A stretch of 38,961 bases of DNA from a virus (Duplodnaviria > Caudoviricetes), in IMG/VR virus record IMGVR_UViG_3300005805_000204, positions 1 through 38,961 of that record. One strand, 5' to 3'. Of the stretch, positions 9,382 through 20,317 are shown in pieces. The notes under the pieces were generated by a model, which searched no databases, was not told the origin of the DNA, and saw nothing but the letters and a program-made list of their open reading frames with translations. The number at the start of each line of letters is the position of its first letter. Position 1 is the first letter of the stretch. A program made the translations under genes and the position numbers.

Positions 9382-11696
9382 AGATACACGTAACGAAACG
9401 TTCCGGTGCAAAAGAACCACTCACATTAGAAAAATGGCAAGCACAAGTAGCACAAGTATGTAAAGGGATAGCAGATGTTAGCCCGAGCATGATAGAAATA
9501 AAATCTCAACTGCATTTTTACGATGGTATCACAACTAAACAGATTGATGGAATAACTTTACGTGCTATTGTTGATTTGATTGACGTAGAAAATAATCCTG
9601 AAGTTGGACATACTAACTATCAATATGTAGCAGGTAAACAACGTGTGTCTATGCTACGTAAAGATGTATATGGATCATATGAAGTTCCGCACCTATACGA
9701 AATAGTTAAAAAGAATGTAGCTACTGGTCTATACACTAGTGAACTATTAACTTGGTATACTGAAGAAGATTGGAACAAGATGAATGATATGTTGGATCAT
9801 TCTAAAGACGAACAATATAGTTATGCCGCCATTGAACAATTGATTGAAAAGTACTTAGTAAAAAATCGTAGTACAAAAGAAATCTACGAAACCCCACAGA
9901 TTCGCTACATGATTGCGGCAGCAACAGTCTTTCATAAGGAAGAACCTAACAGCGCAAGAATGCGCTATATAAAGGAATATTATAATGCCGCATCTGATGG
10001 ATTATTTACTCTTGCTACCCCTGTGCTTGCTGGGCTTGGCACTCCTACTAAGCAGTTTAGCAGTTGTGTTCTCATTCGTTCAGATGATGATTTAGACAGT
10101 ATTTTTGCTAGTGGCGAAATGATGGCCAAGTATGCTAGCAAACGTGCTGGCATTGGTTTAGAGATTGGACGACTACGCCCACTAGGATCACCTATCCGCG
10201 GTGGTGAGATTATGCATACTGGTATGATTCCGTTCTTAAAGAAATGGTTCGGCGACTTAAGAAGTTGCTCACAAGGAGGTATCCGTAATGCTAGTGCTAC
10301 AGTTTTTTATCCTATTTGGCATCATCAGTTTGATGATCTTATTGTCCTTAAGAACAACCAAGGAACAGAAGAAACCCGAGTCCGTCATATGGATTATGGG
10401 GTTGTGCTTAGTGCTTTCTTCTGGAGACGATTCAAAAACAAAGAAAACATAACATTCTTTGACCCCAATGAAGTTCCCGATCTATACGAAGCCTTCTATC
10501 AAAACACTGAACTTTTTGAAGAACTGTATGTCAAGTATGAAAAGCGTAAAGACTTGCGTACCAAAACTATGAGTGCTGAAGAAGTATTCAAGAGTGGCAT
10601 ATTAAAAGAGCGCACTGATACTGGTCGTATCTATCTTGTATTCATTGACAACGTAATGAAACAAGGCCCGTTCGATCCCGAATATCATACAATCTACCAG
10701 AGTAACCTTTGCTGTGAAATTCTACTCCCTACTAAGTCTTTTAAACGTCTTGATGATCCTGATGGTCGCATTGCTTTATGCACGTTGGGTAGTATTAACT
10801 GGGGAGCTTTCCGCAACCCAGAAGATATGCGTAGGGCTTGCCGTATACTTCACCGCAGTCTTAACAATATCCTCGATTATCAAGACTTCTTAAGCATTCA
10901 AAGTAAGTTAAGTAATGACGAGATTCGCCCGTTAGGCATTGGTATAACAAACTTAGCTTACTGGCATGCCAAGCGAAATTTCAAATACGGTGAGAAGGAT
11001 GCTCTAGCAGATGTTAAGAGTTGGATGGAACATCAGTCATTCTATCTAACTGAGGCAAGCGTTGAACTTGCTAAGGAACGGGGAAAGTGTTTAGGTAGTG
11101 ACCAAACTCGTTACGGTAAAGGTGTGTTCCCTTGGGAACTACGTGCTAAGGGTGTAAATGAACTAACAAACTTTGCTACAGAATTAGATTGGGAAACTCT
11201 CAGAAGTCAAATGAAAGAGCATGGTGTCCGTAATGCTACGCAAATGGCTGTAGCTCCTGTAGAATCTAGCTCAGTAGTTATTAATAGTACAAATGGTATT
11301 GAAATGCCAATGAGTTTAATTAGTGTAAAAGAAAGTAAAGCAGGGTCGTTTGTACAAGTCGTTCCCGAATATCATAAGTTGAAAAACAAATATCAAATGA
11401 TGTGGGAACAGAAAGATTGTGATGGTTACTTAAAGACAGCGGCAGTGATTGCGGCTTATGTTGACCAAAGTATCTCAACTAACACATTCTACAACCCTGC
11501 ACATTTTCCTGACAGAAAAGTTCCAACAACATTGATTGCCAAGAACTTGATGCAGTCACACTATTGGGGACTAAAGACATTCTACTATAGCTTGATCAAC
11601 AAAGCAGGTAGTAAGAGTCAAGACGAAACTGTATTAGATTTGCCAAGTGGCTTTAATGATATGGATGAAGAAGATTGCGAAGCTTGTAAGCTTTAA
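9378..11696 (+). CDS. nrdA: Ribonucleotide reductase class Ia alpha subunit
   Basis: N-terminal ATP cone (VTKRSG), TPVLAG..QFSSC, CSQGGIR, SNLCCEI, LKTFYY, C-terminal CEAC. Confidence 0.97.
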   Translation: MKIHVTKRSGAKEPLTLEKWQAQVAQVCKGIADVSPSMIEIKSQLHFYDGITTKQIDGITLRAIVDLIDVENNPEVGHTNYQYVAGKQRVSMLRKDVYGSYEVPHLYEIVKKNVATGLYTSELLTWYTEEDWNKMNDMLDHSKDEQYSYAAIEQLIEKYLVKNRSTKEIYETPQIRYMIAAATVFHKEEPNSARMRYIKEYYNAASDGLFTLATPVLAGLGTPTKQFSSCVLIRSDDDLDSIFASGEMMAKYASKRAGIGLEIGRLRPLGSPIRGGEIMHTGMIPFLKKWFGDLRSCSQGGIRNASATVFYPIWHHQFDDLIVLKNNQGTEETRVRHMDYGVVLSAFFWRRFKNKENITFFDPNEVPDLYEAFYQNTELFEELYVKYEKRKDLRTKTMSAEEVFKSGILKERTDTGRIYLVFIDNVMKQGPFDPEYHTIYQSNLCCEILLPTKSFKRLDDPDGRIALCTLGSINWGAFRNPEDMRRACRILHRSLNNILDYQDFLSIQSKLSNDEIRPLGIGITNLAYWHAKRNFKYGEKDALADVKSWMEHQSFYLTEASVELAKERGKCLGSDQTRYGKGVFPWELRAKGVNELTNFATELDWETLRSQMKEHGVRNATQMAVAPVESSSVVINSTNGIEMPMSLISVKESKAGSFVQVVPEYHKLKNKYQMMWEQKDCDGYLKTAAVIAAYVDQSISTNTFYNPAHFPDRKVPTTLIAKNLMQSHYWGLKTFYYSLINKAGSKSQDETVLDLPSGFNDMDEEDCEACKL

Positions 11697-11707
11697 GGAA
11701 AACAATA

Positions 11708-12808
11708 ATGTCAAAACAACAATACAACTTACACACTAAGACAGATTATTTGAATAGAAAAATGTTTTTGGATCCGGAAGGTCCCGTAACCATTCAAAGA
11801 TTTGAAGAAGTAAAATATAAAAAGATTGCAGACTTTGAAACAACAGCACGTGGTTTCTTCTGGGTACCGGAGGAAGTTAGTCTTACCAAAGATGCTAATG
11901 ATTTTAAGGAAGCCAGTGATGCTGTTAGACACATCTTTACTAGTAACCTACTAAGACAAACAGCATTAGATAGCCTGCAAGGACGTGCGCCTAGTCAAGT
12001 GTTCACGCCAGTGGTATCATTACCTGAATTAGAAGCATTGATTTATAACTGGAGTTTCTTTGAGACTAACATCCACAGTCGCAGTTACAGTCACATCATT
12101 CGCAACATTTACAATGTGCCAAAAGATGTATTCAATACTATACATGACACAAAAGAAATCGTAGACATGGCAAGTAGTGTTGGCCGTTACTATGATGAAC
12201 TACACAAAGTTAACTGTCGCAAAGAGTTAGGTCAAGATGTGAATGAGAAAGAACACATCAAGGCAATTTACATGGCATTACATGCCAGCTACGCATTGGA
12301 AGCATTCCGCTTTATGGTATCATTCGCTACTAGTTTAGCAATGGTTGAGAACAAAATCTTTATTGGTAATGGCAATATTATCAGTTTAATTCTCCAAGAT
12401 GAACTTCTCCATAAAGGCTGGACTGCCTACCTTATTAACCAAGTAGTTAAAGAAGATAGTCGTTTCGCACAAGTTAAATCAGAATGTGAAGCTGAAGTCT
12501 ACCAACTCTACTTGGATGTGATCCGTGAAGAAAAAGAGTGGGCAGACTATTTGTTTAAGATGGGTCCAGTCATTGGATTGAACGCAACAGTGTTGAAAGA
12601 CTTTGTTGATTACACTGCTGTATCTGCATTAAAAGAAATTGGTATTAGATATAATAGCCCCGCACCTAAAACGACACCTATTCCTTGGTTCAACAAACAC
12701 GTTGATACAAGCAAGAAACAAACAGCACTACAAGAAAATGAATCAACCAACTATGTCATCGGAGTGATGACTGATAGTATAGAGTATGATGATTTACCAA
12801 ATATCTAA
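11708..12808 (+). CDS. nrdB: Ribonucleotide reductase class Ia beta subunit
   Basis: FFWVPEE, DSLQGR, ETNIHSRSY, LEAFRF, DELLH di-iron ligands, QENESTNY tail. Confidence 0.96.
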   Translation: MSKQQYNLHTKTDYLNRKMFLDPEGPVTIQRFEEVKYKKIADFETTARGFFWVPEEVSLTKDANDFKEASDAVRHIFTSNLLRQTALDSLQGRAPSQVFTPVVSLPELEALIYNWSFFETNIHSRSYSHIIRNIYNVPKDVFNTIHDTKEIVDMASSVGRYYDELHKVNCRKELGQDVNEKEHIKAIYMALHASYALEAFRFMVSFATSLAMVENKIFIGNGNIISLILQDELLHKGWTAYLINQVVKEDSRFAQVKSECEAEVYQLYLDVIREEKEWADYLFKMGPVIGLNATVLKDFVDYTAVSALKEIGIRYNSPAPKTTPIPWFNKHVDTSKKQTALQENESTNYVIGVMTDSIEYDDLPNI

Positions 12809-12819
12809 AAGGAAACAAA

Positions 12820-13050
12820 ATGACAGCAATCGTATGGAGTAAGTATCATTGTCCGTATTGCGATCAAGCAAAGGCACTATTAAAAAGTAAAGGTATACAA
12901 TTTGAAGAACGCAAGATCGGAGATGGATATACTAAAGAAGAATTGCTAGAAGCAATCCCGTCAGCAAGAACAGTACCGCAAATCATTTTAGATGGCGTAC
13001 TAATCGGTGGATTCACTGAACTCAAACAAAAATTAACAGAAAGTAATTAA
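12820..13050 (+). CDS. Glutaredoxin
   Basis: CPYC active site, RTVPQI, IGGFTEL; directly after nrdB. Confidence 0.93.
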   Translation: MTAIVWSKYHCPYCDQAKALLKSKGIQFEERKIGDGYTKEELLEAIPSARTVPQIILDGVLIGGFTELKQKLTESN

Positions 13051-13355
13051 TGCAAATAGCACTAGAATCAAATAAAGTATTCACATTCAAACTTAACTCG
13101 GGCGAAGAACTTATCGCTAAAGTTACACAAGCAGGCGGAGACTTCATTATTATTGAAGAACCTGTCTCTATTGCACCTACACAGCAGGGTATGCAAATGA
13201 TCCCTAGTATCTTTACTGCAAATCCGAAGGGTGAATTCAAGCTAAATACTAGTAGCATTGCCATTTATGCAGAAACTGACGATAGTGTTAGAATGAAGTA
13301 TTTAGAAGCAACAACTGGTATCAAAGTACCAGATAAGAAAATCGTACTAGGATAG
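13050..13355 (+). CDS. Small conserved phage protein, possibly Sm-like fold
   Basis: TFKLNSGEELIAKV beta pattern typical of such myophage proteins; TAATG coupling. Confidence 0.55.
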   Translation: MQIALESNKVFTFKLNSGEELIAKVTQAGGDFIIIEEPVSIAPTQQGMQMIPSIFTANPKGEFKLNTSSIAIYAETDDSVRMKYLEATTGIKVPDKKIVLG

Positions 13356-13363
13356 GATAATTA

Positions 13364-13636
13364 ATGCCACAAATATGCCGTATAGGTGATACAAATGAGA
13401 TGAAGGGTGCAATCGTTGCAGGAGCCAGGACAGTCTTTGCTAATGGTATATTAGTAGGACAGCAAGGCAGCAAGATTAGTCCCCACGCTCCTTTCAAAGG
13501 ACCTCATCGTAGTGCTACAATAACAAATGGTAGTCCTTCTGTATTCGCCGACGGCATAGCAGTAGCTAAAGTAGGGTCAGGTAATTCTTGTGGTCATAGT
13601 ATGGCACAAGGAAGTCCTGATGTGTTTGTGCAATGA
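13364..13636 (+). CDS. PAAR-repeat spike-tip protein (T4 gp5.4-like)
   Basis: RIGD, GSPSVFADGIAVAKVG, SCGH..AQGSPDVFV. Confidence 0.88.
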   Translation: MPQICRIGDTNEMKGAIVAGARTVFANGILVGQQGSKISPHAPFKGPHRSATITNGSPSVFADGIAVAKVGSGNSCGHSMAQGSPDVFVQ

Positions 13637-15978
13637 GCGATACAGGAAAACAAAGTCCATTAGGTGTTAATAGTCTTAATGCACTATTAAACATACAGGG
13701 TTTACAAATAAACCCTAAGTTTGTTTCATGGATGGGAACATCACATACCTTTCCTAGTTACACGTTTGGTAGAGTGGTACAAGAAACTGTATTGCGTGTT
13801 ATAACACATGCTATACAGCAAGGTTATTATGGCAATCCAGATGGTATACCCTATACGAGTGTGTATAACAATTTGATTAGTATAGGCGGCGGTACTAGCT
13901 CTATTCCTATTACCAGTATTACTTCCGGAGTAATCTCAGGTACAGATCAATTTTATTTCGATGTAGTATACAATCAACCTTTTGCACTAACACCCGGATC
14001 ATATGTAAGAATTAACAGTGCTGCACCCGATGGATATAATGGAAATTGGTTAGTTGAAAGTGGATCACTCGGAACATTCAGAGTATACTCTACTGCATCT
14101 TACGGTAGTGCAACTACACCGGGGACATTTGTTATTGATAATCAAGTACCGGGACTAGGTAACGCTAAGGCAATGGTGTACACGTGGGAAGAATTGATAG
14201 GTAGATTTGGAACTGGCACATTTAACTTAGGCGATACTAAAGGCTGGGGCGGATCTACATATAAAAATAACTTAGAAAGCTCTGATCCTAATCCGGCAAC
14301 ACAGTGGGCATATTTAAGATTACTCCCATTACAAGCGTGGATGGAGTTCAACTATAATTCTACATTAGAAAGAGGTGATAGTCTAAACCCTGCAGGTTAT
14401 AGAGACTTTCTACAACAGTGGCAAAGTGCTTATGGCTTTATCGGTTATTCTAATAATGCTATTCTTAGTGTAGATAACAGTAAAGACTTTTTAAGTGGAA
14501 CATTTAGTAATATGAACGACTTGATAACAGCGGATATTACTAATGTAAGTTTAGCAACAAAAGTATTTGGTCAAGACTTGATAACATTGGGTAAAGCAAT
14601 TGATTTATCCACTATTGCTACATATGGGTTACCTTCTAATTTATTAAAAACATTAGTAAAGTATAACGCATTAACTAAAAATTTAAGTTTAGCAATTATA
14701 TCAGCAGGTATACCAGTAGATGAATTGGGAGCAATTATTTCTAATGTAACACAACCCACTATTGACCAAGAGCGTAAACTATACGCTTCATATTATATTA
14801 CAGTGGGAGATACATTAAATGAAGTGTTAGTTCCATTGAACTGTAAGACAGCAGGACTAGAATCATTAGCTGACTTATTGAACCCAAAAAAAATGTTCCC
14901 TAATAGTTATAATACATTAACTGTTCCTGTTTATAATACGGCTGCCTCATCTACAACTACAATCCCACCAACGCCACCACCACCTACACCAGCAGTTACT
15001 CCAAATGGTGTCACTATCGATACGTCATCGTGGGTATTTAATAATACTAGCCCTGCTACGGATTTCTACGAATTAACATCTACTACTACCAATAATTATA
15101 ACATTGGGCCCGGAAGATGCACATTTGAGTTCACCTTTATATCTAATAGTTACTTTGTTCAAAACTCGGGCGGCCATTTTGCTGTGGTCATTCGCTGTAA
15201 CAACTCTGCTATCTCTAGCGGTTATGTGCAAGGCCAGGGCATAGTTATTGGTAATGTGAGTGGGGCTAGTCCTACTAATATACCACCTAATGTCCCGTAT
15301 GCTCCTAACCCGGCTTTCCCATCAACACAGATTGAATCATTCTGGGCTGGAGTTGCTGTAGCCCCTAACGGAACTCTTTATTCTGCGAACACATTGTTGG
15401 CCAACACCAATGGTGCCAATCCTGTGTTGCTTGACGGAGTTGAATATAAATTTACTGTAATAAATGAAATATCAACATCAGGTAAGAGTTTTACTGGGTA
15501 TAAGATAATGCAAGGAACAACTGTAATCTATGACCAACCGTTGATTTACGATTACAATATCTGGTACAACCCTACAAAATCTGGAATTCTAGTAGGACAT
15601 GTATTTGAAAATCCTGGTGCTTCAGCCTGGTCAGTGACTATTGGAAACAAAGTCATTACATGGTCTCCGGTTGGAGGTACCGTAATCACACCTCCTACGC
15701 TGCCGGTTGAACCTATTGCTACATTTCCTAATAGTAAAGTATATTATCCAATATATGTCAATGGATCTATTAATTCCAACTTAACTAGTACTGCCGTAAT
15801 AGATCAAATTGGGACTCAAACGCCAGTTGGTACCCCGTTAATCAATGATATAGTGCCAGCTGCATCAGCGACAACTGACAACTTGACAGAGTTAAATGAT
15901 ATTACACAGACAACAACAACTCCGAGTAGAAGCACTACTACTCTAGATAGTAGTGGCAGAGCGTATGATACTTTATGA
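13633..15978 (+). CDS. Large hypothetical, probably virion/baseplate-associated
   Basis: 781-aa ORF coupled to PAAR; an internal beta-rich segment is flanked by Pro/Thr linkers. Confidence 0.55.
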   Translation: MSDTGKQSPLGVNSLNALLNIQGLQINPKFVSWMGTSHTFPSYTFGRVVQETVLRVITHAIQQGYYGNPDGIPYTSVYNNLISIGGGTSSIPITSITSGVISGTDQFYFDVVYNQPFALTPGSYVRINSAAPDGYNGNWLVESGSLGTFRVYSTASYGSATTPGTFVIDNQVPGLGNAKAMVYTWEELIGRFGTGTFNLGDTKGWGGSTYKNNLESSDPNPATQWAYLRLLPLQAWMEFNYNSTLERGDSLNPAGYRDFLQQWQSAYGFIGYSNNAILSVDNSKDFLSGTFSNMNDLITADITNVSLATKVFGQDLITLGKAIDLSTIATYGLPSNLLKTLVKYNALTKNLSLAIISAGIPVDELGAIISNVTQPTIDQERKLYASYYITVGDTLNEVLVPLNCKTAGLESLADLLNPKKMFPNSYNTLTVPVYNTAASSTTTIPPTPPPPTPAVTPNGVTIDTSSWVFNNTSPATDFYELTSTTTNNYNIGPGRCTFEFTFISNSYFVQNSGGHFAVVIRCNNSAISSGYVQGQGIVIGNVSGASPTNIPPNVPYAPNPAFPSTQIESFWAGVAVAPNGTLYSANTLLANTNGANPVLLDGVEYKFTVINEISTSGKSFTGYKIMQGTTVIYDQPLIYDYNIWYNPTKSGILVGHVFENPGASAWSVTIGNKVITWSPVGGTVITPPTLPVEPIATFPNSKVYYPIYVNGSINSNLTSTAVIDQIGTQTPVGTPLINDIVPAASATTDNLTELNDITQTTTTPSRSTTTLDSSGRAYDTL

Positions 15979-16004
15979 TATTTTTAATAATCAGGTGATA
16001 TAAC

Positions 16005-17954
16005 ATGGCAGATATACAAATACAACAACCAGCAAAAGGATATGGTTCATATCTATCAGGTATATTGCCACTTGATATTGCTACAGGTGCAGGCGCATTT
16101 AGTGCGGCAATGCAACAGATACAAAACATACAAGAAGTACAAATTGAAAAGTTTGCACAAGTTGTGACTAATATCGAAACAATGGTGGGGTTGAATACTA
16201 ACAGTAATAGTACTAATTTAGTTCCTACTAATTTATCACTACGCACGGCCGGCAGACCTAAAATTGCTTTAGGTAGTGGTCCTCAAGGTTCTTACACAAT
16301 GAGTGACTTCTTTGGTTGTATGAGTGGACTACCTTATAATGGACGCTCATACTTAGGCCCTCTATTACCTGAATGCGGTCTTGAAGGTATATACAATAAA
16401 CTAAAACAAGTAGCAACACGCAAGTTGTTTAACATATACCATGAAACATATCTTGCAGTAACAGAACACCGAGCTAAGTTCAGTATCGAACAACCATATT
16501 GGTATGTGATTACTAAACCATATGTACCACCTACACCGGCTGCTAATCCACCTAATCCTGCTTATCAGCCCGATCCAGAAGAACCTGACTATAACGATGC
16601 TCCATACACATTTCCCCCGACTAACTTACCAGTGTATTGGTCACATCCGGGTTCTGCGGAAGAATATGATTGGTACTATAGAATTACATTTAATTTATCT
16701 GTTTCCGGTGGAGGCTATGGTCGAGGTACCGCCCCGAATCCAATCGTTACTATAGCACCTAACAATGTAGGTGCGTCATCTGTGTCGAGTGTAGGTCGAG
16801 ATGATAATGATATCCCGGGCATGTTTGGCAGGGCAGCAACATCTGACAATTTTGGCGGCTCTTATTTATGGGCGCACACTATACAAGATAATTGGGCTCC
16901 AACTATATATCCAGCTACAACCCCGCCTTTTTACCCACCTAAAGATGATGCATGGGTTCGTGCTAACATGCCAGAAGAAATTATTACAATTGAAGCACCA
17001 CCTATTCAAATGTTACCAGTTCAACCTAATGGTGATTTTTCTACTGACGGACAAAATACTCCTGGATTTGCTGTTTCATACAAAGGTACAAAGTCTGAAG
17101 GTACTTGGTTCTGGCCAGCCGGCGGCTCTAGCCCAGGTATGAACTCACCTATAACAGGTTATATCGGACAAGCAAACGCAGAGATTGATAACATCAATGC
17201 TAATAATAGAGCAAATTGCCAAAAGTTAAATGACTACTGGAATTCAACCGGTGCACAATTAACAATTGAACAACGAGCTAGACAAGAAGGATTGCGTCCA
17301 CCATTAGATAGTCCTAGAGAAAACTTCTTATCTCTTTACCCAACTACAATTTACACATTTGTTGATTCTGTTCCACAATATGGCAAAGACACCGAACCAC
17401 ATATGTATGCCCAAACAATAGAAAACATTGCAAATTGGGACACAATAGGTGGACAGAGCATTGTGGGTATGATGAGAGAGAATCGTAACCAAAGTCGCTT
17501 GACAGTATTAGGCGTTTCGTTAGATAATAACATTATTGATGTATTACCGTATGAACAACAAAGAGTGTTAATAGCAAATGGAACGTTGCCAACTGGGACC
17601 TCTAATCCAAATATACCTAGTGGTTCTACTATTGCAAATCCAACAACACCGGTTGTTCCAGTGACAACTACACCATCTACTCCTATCACTATCCGCGATG
17701 GTGCAGATGTAATACCTCAACCACCTGGAAATATCAATGTGGTTACTGGAGAATATGCTATAGATGGTGTCCCAATCGACACTGGACTTTCGAGTGCACC
17801 TGGATCGTTTGCCGGATCTCCTTACTCAAACTTAATACCACCTAACTTAAATTCGTGGTATACATCAGCGACCCTCATGCCTAGCACATACACAGTTAAT
17901 GAAGCAATTGACGAAGTTATCCGTTGCAACTGTGATTGCTGGAATCTTGTATAA
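16005..17954 (+). CDS. Large hypothetical, probably virion-associated
   Basis: 649 aa, Pro-rich stretches, terminal CNCDCW; AGGTG RBS. Confidence 0.55.
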   Translation: MADIQIQQPAKGYGSYLSGILPLDIATGAGAFSAAMQQIQNIQEVQIEKFAQVVTNIETMVGLNTNSNSTNLVPTNLSLRTAGRPKIALGSGPQGSYTMSDFFGCMSGLPYNGRSYLGPLLPECGLEGIYNKLKQVATRKLFNIYHETYLAVTEHRAKFSIEQPYWYVITKPYVPPTPAANPPNPAYQPDPEEPDYNDAPYTFPPTNLPVYWSHPGSAEEYDWYYRITFNLSVSGGGYGRGTAPNPIVTIAPNNVGASSVSSVGRDDNDIPGMFGRAATSDNFGGSYLWAHTIQDNWAPTIYPATTPPFYPPKDDAWVRANMPEEIITIEAPPIQMLPVQPNGDFSTDGQNTPGFAVSYKGTKSEGTWFWPAGGSSPGMNSPITGYIGQANAEIDNINANNRANCQKLNDYWNSTGAQLTIEQRARQEGLRPPLDSPRENFLSLYPTTIYTFVDSVPQYGKDTEPHMYAQTIENIANWDTIGGQSIVGMMRENRNQSRLTVLGVSLDNNIIDVLPYEQQRVLIANGTLPTGTSNPNIPSGSTIANPTTPVVPVTTTPSTPITIRDGADVIPQPPGNINVVTGEYAIDGVPIDTGLSSAPGSFAGSPYSNLIPPNLNSWYTSATLMPSTYTVNEAIDEVIRCNCDCWNLV

Positions 17955-17971
17955 ACGAAAGGATTTTTCCT

Positions 17972-18583
17972 ATGAGCGATAAAATTAAATTTTTAAGGAT
18001 AGTCGCCGGCATACTAGTTCTAGTAGTTGGTTTATTTCTTACTAATACAGAAGAAAGATATTTCTTATTCGATAGCACACCTGAACCTGTTGCCGAAGTT
18101 GCTAAAGTTGCTAAAGCAGTAGATCCAAAACAACTTGCCTGCATGGCAAAAAATATCTACTATGAAGCAAAAGGTGAACCATTTAATGGACAAGCCGCAG
18201 TAGCTAGAGTAGTAATGAATCGTGTTAATCACGGCTTCGGTTCTAACCCATGCAATGTTATCTATCAATCAACTTATGTTGAAAAAGAGAATGAATACGG
18301 CGAGTCATATAAAGCCAAACTCTGTCAGTTCAGTTGGGTGTGCGATAATAAAGTAGAACCAAACAAAAACAACCCAAGCTACTTACAAGCAAAAGAAATA
18401 GCATATGATGTTATGGCATACAACGCTTATGAAGATGTTGTACCAAAGTCTACACTATTCTTTCATAACTTATCTGTTCAACCTTCATGGCCCTATCAAC
18501 AAGTAAAGAAGATTGGTAATCATATCTTTTATTCCAAAGAAAAAAGGAAACAAAAAGTTAAAACTAAGTTAGAAGATGCTTGA
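17972..18583 (+). CDS. SleB/CwlJ-family cell-wall hydrolase (Hydrolase_2) with N-terminal membrane anchor
   Basis: NIYYEAKGE, AVARVVMNRV, CQFSW, IGNHIFY; start placed at 17972 after AAAGGA. Confidence 0.9.
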   Translation: MSDKIKFLRIVAGILVLVVGLFLTNTEERYFLFDSTPEPVAEVAKVAKAVDPKQLACMAKNIYYEAKGEPFNGQAAVARVVMNRVNHGFGSNPCNVIYQSTYVEKENEYGESYKAKLCQFSWVCDNKVEPNKNNPSYLQAKEIAYDVMAYNAYEDVVPKSTLFFHNLSVQPSWPYQQVKKIGNHIFYSKEKRKQKVKTKLEDA

Positions 18584-19052
18584 TAAACCAAATTCAGCGA
18601 ACGGTGTTAGTAGTTATGATTCTACTAGTAGTGGATCATTGATTCACTTCTTTAATCGTAATATAACACCGTATGCTACAGAAAGTTCAGGTCCCAAATT
18701 TGACTTAGTTCCCGTAGAGAAGCATAAAGACATTATGCTTAATGTTGCAAGGTTGCACGCCAAGCAAGAATATGATAGAATCATGGAACTAGTAACTGTA
18801 TTACAGAAGCAAGCTGAACAGATTAAGCATAGACTTGATTTGACTGATATGGTTCATGCGGCTAAATATGATTTTCAATTAGCAAATGGTAGTATATATT
18901 GGTTGTTATATGACCATAGAAAACAGTTTACTAGGTTGAGTATTAATGGGCCCAATGATTGGTCTAGTAGTTCTCCCGCTGAGTATGAATATTTGTGCAA
19001 AGTAAAATGGTTAGGTGATCACACATGGATAGAGGTAGAAGATGATAAGTAG
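18576..19052 (+). CDS. DUF2452-like hypothetical protein
   Basis: Coiled coil followed by AKYDFQ..G.IYWL..GPNDW..DHTW pattern. Confidence 0.55.
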   Translation: MLDKPNSANGVSSYDSTSSGSLIHFFNRNITPYATESSGPKFDLVPVEKHKDIMLNVARLHAKQEYDRIMELVTVLQKQAEQIKHRLDLTDMVHAAKYDFQLANGSIYWLLYDHRKQFTRLSINGPNDWSSSSPAEYEYLCKVKWLGDHTWIEVEDDK

Positions 19053-19608
19053 TAGTCCAGAACGGCATACCTTTCAAGCTGAAGCGTATATCAAACGCTG
19101 TGCAGAAGAAGGTAAAGAGCCTAGTGAAGATTATTTAAATCTTTACAAGTCCTATCAACAACAAGATAAAGAAAAGATAGTAGATCCTGAATGGCAAAAA
19201 GATAACATGGAGTATGATCTGCGTTCTACTCAATGGATTATTGACAAGGTAAAAGCAAGTGATGTGTATGCACAAAACTTATATGCCGCAATGTGCAACA
19301 ATGACTTCACTAAGAACGATGTTATACCTATATTAACTGAGAAACGTTGGCATCGTAGTTGGAGAAGTGCAGGCGGTATTATTGCAGACATGCAAGAGAA
19401 AGGTGACTACATTGATTGGTACTGTAGTGGCATCAGAGATGCTAAGATACTGGATGATGATGAATTCCTTGCACTAACTAAAGAACAGCAAGAATACTAT
19501 ATACAAGGTAAAAAGTTTGTATCTGAAAGTGTTGTAACTGATGAGATACGAGAAGATTTATTGAAATTGGGTTGGATAGTAATAGATGAAGAACCTGAAG
19601 CATACTAA
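19042..19608 (+). CDS. Conserved phage hypothetical protein
   Basis: YAQNLYAAMCNN..SWRSAGGIIAD..GDYIDWYCSG. Confidence 0.6.
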   Translation: MISSSPERHTFQAEAYIKRCAEEGKEPSEDYLNLYKSYQQQDKEKIVDPEWQKDNMEYDLRSTQWIIDKVKASDVYAQNLYAAMCNNDFTKNDVIPILTEKRWHRSWRSAGGIIADMQEKGDYIDWYCSGIRDAKILDDDEFLALTKEQQEYYIQGKKFVSESVVTDEIREDLLKLGWIVIDEEPEAY

Positions 19609-19654
19609 ATACAATACAGGAGACTAAATAATAGAACACTATGAAAGTCCTGTT

Positions 19655-20317
19655 ATGTTAGAAAAAATTTGTGAGTATTGCAGTATAAAATTTACATTAC
19701 CTAATTTACATCAAAAAAATATAAAAAGAAGATTTTGCGGCGCACTATGTTCTAGGAGATGGGCGGCAAATAATCGATCTAATTCTTGGAAAGAAAAAAA
19801 TAGTTTATCTAAACAAGGGGAACTGAATCCTATGTTTGGCATTAAACAAACCAATCTAAATAGTATTGCTAACTTGAATAGAAAAGGGTCATCTGGAAAA
19901 ACTCAGTCATCGGAATCAAATCAAAAAAGATCCAAATCACTTATTGGAATAAAAAGAACTACGGAACATATTAATAAAGTTATACAAACTAAAATAAGTC
20001 GAGGAATTTTTTGGAAACCAGATGATCCCAAATATGTTGAGTTTAAAAAATATCGTAGAAAAGTATATTATTGGACCAACAAAAATGATTTATCACAATT
20101 GCTTAATTATGAAAAAAGAAGTAAAACAGGATATCATTTAGATCATAAATACAGTATATCAATGGGATTTAAAAATGATATATCCCCGCAGATTATTGGA
20201 AGTATGTCTAATTTAGAATTTATTTTATTTACAGATAATGTTAAAAAGGGAACTAACTGTTCCATAACAAAGGAAAAATTATATGAGTTATTCAGCAGCC
20301 GTCATAGACCATTATGA
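19655..20317 (+). CDS. Free-standing HNH homing endonuclease with NUMOD-like basic repeats
   Basis: N-terminal CxxC..CxxxC, GELNPMFG repeat motif, C-terminal HLDH..SNLEF..NVKKG; very AT/Lys-rich; overlaps the iscU start. Confidence 0.75.
   Translation: MLEKICEYCSIKFTLPNLHQKNIKRRFCGALCSRRWAANNRSNSWKEKNSLSKQGELNPMFGIKQTNLNSIANLNRKGSSGKTQSSESNQKRSKSLIGIKRTTEHINKVIQTKISRGIFWKPDDPKYVEFKKYRRKVYYWTNKNDLSQLLNYEKRSKTGYHLDHKYSISMGFKNDISPQIIGSMSNLEFILFTDNVKKGTNCSITKEKLYELFSSRHRPL

Noticed and set aside
9378-12808. Intron or intein in nrdA/nrdB
   Set aside because: Both are continuous, of normal length, with motifs in order.
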